From assembly GCA_045589295.1 (NCBI GenBank), contig JAZNOU010000012.1, positions 183,230 to 247,229 on the forward strand: a stretch of DNA of 64,000 bases, written 5' to 3'. Shown piece after piece: positions 60,131 to 64,000 of this stretch. Below the pieces are notes generated by a model that saw only the letters and a program-made list of their open reading frames with translations, was not told where the DNA came from and made no database searches. The DNA comes from Clostridia bacterium. GTDB lineage: Bacteria; Bacillota; Clostridia; RGIG6154. Numbering within the stretch: the stretch's first letter is position 1; each line of letters starts with the position of its first letter. The position numbers and the translations under genes are program-made.

Positions 60131-60164
60131 TTGTAGTATATCACAACTTTCAAAAAAATACAAC

Positions 60165-60195
60165 AAAAAAAGGCTGAAATATTTTCAGCCTTTTT
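60165..60195 (-). terminator. rny terminator
   Basis: aaaaaggctgaaa/tttcagccttttt. Confidence 0.85.
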
Positions 60196-60200
60196 GCAAT

Positions 60201-61742
60201 TTATTTAGCGTAATCAATTGCGCGTGTTTCACGAATAACGTTAACTTTAATCTGTCCCGGATATTCAAGTTCGCTTTCAATACGTTTAACAATATCGTGA
60301 GCGATAATTGTAACATCATCATCTGAAATCTTTTCAGGTTTAACCAAAATTCTGATTTCACGGCCTGCCTGAATAGCAAATGAATGGTCTACACCGTCAA
60401 AGTCATTTGCAATCTCTTCAAGCTTTTCAAGACGTTTGATATATGTTTCAACATTTTCACGTCTTGCACCCGGTCGTGCAGCAGAAATGGAATCTGCAGC
60501 CTGAATAATAAACGCAAGCGGAGTTTCGGCAACAACATCACCGTGGTGTGCGTGCACCGCGTGGATAATTTCTGCACTCTCTTTATGTTTGCGCAATATG
60601 TCAACACCGATTTCAATGTGTGAACCTTCGATTTCGTGGTCGACAGCTTTGCCGATATCGTGAAGCAAGCCTGCACGTTTAGCAGTTGTAACGTCAACAC
60701 CAAGTTCGCTTGCTAATATTCCTGAAAGCTGAGCAACTTCGATTGAATGCTTTAATACATTCTGACCGTAACTTGTTCTGAATTTGAGTTTACCCAATAA
60801 TTTGATAATATCAGGGTGAACACCATGAACACCTGTTTCAAATGTGGCACGTTCGCCCTCTTCTTTAATCGTATTATCAACTTCTTTTTTAGCTCTTTCA
60901 ACAGTTTCTTCAATTCTTGCAGGATGAATTCTTCCGTCACCAATGAGCTTTTCAAGTGAAACTCTTGCTACTTCACGTCTGATTGGGTCAAAACCTGAAA
61001 TAACGACTGCTTCAGGTGTGTCGTCGATAATCAAATCAACACCTGTAAGGGTTTCAAGTGTTCTGATATTTCTTCCTTCACGGCCGATAATTCTACCTTT
61101 CATATCGTCGCTTGGGAGAGAAACAACAGATACAGTGGTTTCTGCAACATGGTCTGCTGCACATTTCTGAATTGCTGCACTCAAAATATTTCTTGCACGC
61201 TTCTCAGATTCTTCTTTTACATTGTTTTCTACATCGCGAATTAAAATTGCAGCTTCGTGGCGAATTTCACTTTCCATATTTTTAAGCAAATATTCTTTCG
61301 CTTCTGCTGCGGACAATCCTGACAACTTTTCAAGTATAACAATTTCATCTTTCAGTGTTTGATTGATTTTTTCTTTCAGTTCTTCTGTTTCTTTGATTTT
61401 AATGTTGAGTAAGTCGTCTTTTTTGTCAAGAGCTTCAGTTTTCTTTTCAAGAGTTTCTTCCTTTTGCTGGATTCTTCTCTCCTGACGCTGAACTTCTGCT
61501 CTGCGTTCCTTTATTTCCTTATCAATTTCTGCTTTTAAATTTTGTGTTTCTTCTTTAGCTTCTAAAAGAAGTTCACGCTTTCTATTTTCTGCAGCTTTAA
61601 TTGCATCGTTTAATATATTCTTAGCCTGAGTTTCTGCACTTCCGATTTCGCTTTCTGCGATTTTTTTGCGATATGTCACGCCAAGGAAAAATGAGGCAAT
61701 TACAAAAACTATAGCTGCGGCTGAAATAATAATGTAAGGCAT
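60201..61742 (-). CDS. rny: Ribonuclease Y
   Basis: N-terminal TM segment, coiled coil, KH domain [15 protein letters not shown] domain [13 protein letters not shown]. Confidence 0.98.
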   Translation of the reverse strand: MPYIIISAAAIVFVIASFFLGVTYRKKIAESEIGSAETQAKNILNDAIKAAENRKRELLLEAKEETQNLKAEIDKEIKERRAEVQRQERRIQQKEETLEKKTEALDKKDDLLNIKIKETEELKEKINQTLKDEIVILEKLSGLSAAEAKEYLLKNMESEIRHEAAILIRDVENNVKEESEKRARNILSAAIQKCAADHVAETTVSVVSLPSDDMKGRIIGREGRNIRTLETLTGVDLIIDDTPEAVVISGFDPIRREVARVSLEKLIGDGRIHPARIEETVERAKKEVDNTIKEEGERATFETGVHGVHPDIIKLLGKLKFRTSYGQNVLKHSIEVAQLSGILASELGVDVTTAKRAGLLHDIGKAVDHEIEGSHIEIGVDILRKHKESAEIIHAVHAHHGDVVAETPLAFIIQAADSISAARPGARRENVETYIKRLEKLEEIANDFDGVDHSFAIQAGREIRILVKPEKISDDDVTIIAHDIVKRIESELEYPGQIKVNVIRETRAIDYAK

Positions 61743-61933
61743 ATGTAGCACCTCCAATACTAAATATTTAGTTATAAAATTTATAAAAGAACTTTAAAAT
61801 TCACACAAAAAGATAATTATATTTTACATTGTTTTTATGAACTTGTCAAGAAAAATAATAAAAACTCTGTTCAAAACATTAAAATTATGATATACTGTTT
61901 CTACTGACGTTTATGAAAGGAGTGTTTGGGGAT

Positions 61934-62848
61934 ATGAGATTCAGCCTCGAAAAAGGTTATACAGGCGAAATTGCTGTTTCGGAGAACTTTTTAAGTGAAA
62001 AAATGAATGAACTTGAATATGATGAACTCAAAGTTTATTTGAAAATATGCCTTTTGAGCAGACACCAAAGAGAAGCTGATTTATCGCATCTTGCACACCT
62101 TGCAGATGTAAATCCTACGCAAATGCTCTATATTATGTCGGCTCTTGAAAAAAAGGGGCTTATAAAGGTGTCAAAGAGTGGAGTTAGGCTTGTGGGAAGT
62201 AATGCAGAGCCTAAAAAATCGCTAAATCCTGACGAGTTTTCTGACAAGGAAACCGATGATGTTAAAATAATAGCTCAGGCAACCGAAAAAGCCTTTGGTA
62301 AACTGCTTTCGCACGGAGACTTAAACTCAATAATGGGCATTTATAAATTTATAGGCCTTGATAAAGAAGTTTTTGTGCTTGCTGTTGAATATTGTTGTTC
62401 ACTTGGGATAAAAAAATTTAACTACATAGAAAAGACGCTTATCACGTGGAAAGAGGCAGGAATTACCGATGCAATTTCTGCTCATGAATATTTAAGAACT
62501 CAGGAAGAAAATGCCCAGTATTACAATAAATTGAAGAAAAATCTTGGGTTGTCGGCAAACCTTACAAAAAAACAAATGGAGTTTGCAGACAAATGGCGAA
62601 AAGATTTCACATTTGAACAAATAGTAGAAGCGTGTGAAAAAACTGTCGACGGAACAGGCAAAATCTCATTTCCACATACTGACAAGGTACTTTATAACCC
62701 TGATTATCAGTATCAAGGACAAAAGCAGGGCGGGGGAAAGATTGTTAAATCAACAGGCTTTACGAACTTTGACCAGAGAAAGGCCGATTATGAGGCTCAG
62801 GAAAAACGAAATCTTGAAAATTTGTTAAAACGAAAGAAAGGGGATTAA
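61934..62848 (+). CDS. DnaD/DnaB_2-domain replication protein
   Basis: FNYIEKTLITW and FPHTDKVL repeats; translationally coupled to the following ATPase. Confidence 0.75.
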   Translation: MRFSLEKGYTGEIAVSENFLSEKMNELEYDELKVYLKICLLSRHQREADLSHLAHLADVNPTQMLYIMSALEKKGLIKVSKSGVRLVGSNAEPKKSLNPDEFSDKETDDVKIIAQATEKAFGKLLSHGDLNSIMGIYKFIGLDKEVFVLAVEYCCSLGIKKFNYIEKTLITWKEAGITDAISAHEYLRTQEENAQYYNKLKKNLGLSANLTKKQMEFADKWRKDFTFEQIVEACEKTVDGTGKISFPHTDKVLYNPDYQYQGQKQGGGKIVKSTGFTNFDQRKADYEAQEKRNLENLLKRKKGD

Positions 62849-62849
62849 T

Positions 62850-63827
62850 ATGGCTTATTCAAAAAAAATATATAATAAAGTAACTAATGCGTTTCAGGAC
62901 AGAAAAAATGCCAAAAAAATGCTTTTGCAGCAACGTGAGATAGAAATATATAACAAAATCCCCGAAATAGAAAAAATTGACACGCAATTAAGAAAACTAG
63001 GGTTTGAACTTACAAAGAACATAATCGGCGGCGGTAATGTTGAGGAATCTGTTGAAAAAATCCGCAAAGAAAGTCAGAAACTTTCTGAAATCAAATGTGA
63101 AGAGCTTGTAAAAAACGGATTTGAACCTGACTATCTTCTTATTAAATATAGCTGCGATTTGTGCAAAGATGAAGGTCACATTGATGGGGCTATGTGCAAA
63201 TGCTTTGAAAGGGAATTAAAAGAAGAAGCATATAAGTATTCAAACCTTCCTCTTATGATGGATGCAAGAACTTTTGATGATTTTAATTTGGAACTTTATC
63301 CTGACGACGGAACAGAAACGTCGCCTAAGAATATAATGGAAGCTGTACTTGAATACTGCAAGGAGTATGCTTTTGGATTTAACGAAAAAAGCGGAAATTT
63401 GTTTTTGTATGGTGGAACAGGTCTTGGAAAAACATTTATGTCAAGTTGTATTGCGAAGATTGTCTTAGAGAAAGGTTACAGCGTTTTTTATCAGCCGGCG
63501 TATAAAATTTTCCCGATTTTTGAAGAACTTCGCTTTGGCGACAGGGATAAAGACATCTTAAGAATGCAGACTGATGAAATTTTCAAAACGGATTTGCTTA
63601 TAATTGATGATTTAGGTACAGAACTTACAACATCGTATACTGCAGAAGTATTCTTTGATTTACTAAACAGCAGAATGAATGATAAAAAGCAAACTATAAT
63701 AAATACAAATCTTTCTTTGGCAGATATGCAGGGTATTTATTCAGAAAGAATAACTTCAAGAATAATAGGAAATTTCACACAATTAAAGTTTTACGGCAAT
63801 GATATTAGAACAAGTTTTGAGAGCTAA
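62850..63827 (+). CDS. DnaC/IstB-like helicase-loader ATPase
   Basis: CDLCKDEG...CKC zinc site, GGTGLGKT, LLIIDDLG, NTN, SERITSRI. Confidence 0.88.
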   Translation: MAYSKKIYNKVTNAFQDRKNAKKMLLQQREIEIYNKIPEIEKIDTQLRKLGFELTKNIIGGGNVEESVEKIRKESQKLSEIKCEELVKNGFEPDYLLIKYSCDLCKDEGHIDGAMCKCFERELKEEAYKYSNLPLMMDARTFDDFNLELYPDDGTETSPKNIMEAVLEYCKEYAFGFNEKSGNLFLYGGTGLGKTFMSSCIAKIVLEKGYSVFYQPAYKIFPIFEELRFGDRDKDILRMQTDEIFKTDLLIIDDLGTELTTSYTAEVFFDLLNSRMNDKKQTIINTNLSLADMQGIYSERITSRIIGNFTQLKFYGNDIRTSFES

Positions 63828-63839
63828 AAATGCAACTTT

Positions 63840-64000
63840 AAAAATTTTTCAAAAAAATCAAAAAAAGTGTTGACAAAAGTTTTAAGTTGTGTTATCATAG
63901 TTAAGTCGCGTGTGAGCGACGGAATTGGACATTGAAAATTATATAGCAACCAGCAAAGGTTCTCGTAAAATTTTACAAAGCAGTAAAATCAATTAATTTG
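63840..64000 (+). promoter_or_regulatory. Probable rRNA operon promoter and leader (UP element, boxA)
   Basis: A-tracts, TTGACA (63870)-17 nt-TATCAT (63893), gtcgc/gcgac hairpin, boxA-like ggacattgaaaatt (63927-63940); no rRNA sequence inside the window. Confidence 0.6.

Noticed and set aside
60114-60326. 70-aa + strand ORF as a possible toxin antisense to the ncRNA (type I toxin-antitoxin)
   Set aside because: No SD, not a hydrophobic peptide, and it runs through a promoter, a terminator and the rny 3' end.
1-64000. CRISPR arrays, IS elements, prophage, retrons/reverse transcriptases
   Set aside because: No repeat-spacer array or transposase, integrase, RT or cas ORF recognised. The IstB-like ATPase has a DnaD partner rather than IstA.

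Overview
Low-GC, spore-forming Clostridia chromosome segment; most genes lie on the + strand. Contents in order: (1) a 5'-truncated giant acidic helical-repeat protein and an SLH/InlB-B-repeat surface protein; (2) secDF; (3) a ~600-nt OLE RNA with its own promoter, heading an ole-oapA-dxs-tlyA-nadK-argR-recN-rseC-like operon; (4) accessory genes (DUF6512-like, GH26, heterodimeric ABC exporter, deacetylase, S8 protease, amidase, ybaK, SLOG, XRE), tRNA-Lys and a HAD/serine hydrolase/GH28 cluster; (5) the complete S10-spc-alpha ribosomal cluster, including the OLE partner gene oapB; (6) a tandem duplicated pair of secreted SGNH/DUF4886-like genes, dacF-like, bofC-like, nrdDG with NrdR boxes, SDR, a second GH26, ECF-S plus type III glutamine synthetase, tRNA-Ala, a probably leaderless tadA and a small lipoprotein; (7) an unannotated ~180-nt rod-shaped, 6S-like ncRNA with its own promoter and terminator just downstream of rny; (8) rny, dnaD-like/dnaC-like genes and what looks like the start of an rRNA operon promoter. 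No CRISPR array, transposase, integrase or prophage was seen. All family calls come from motif recognition by eye; no database searches were run.
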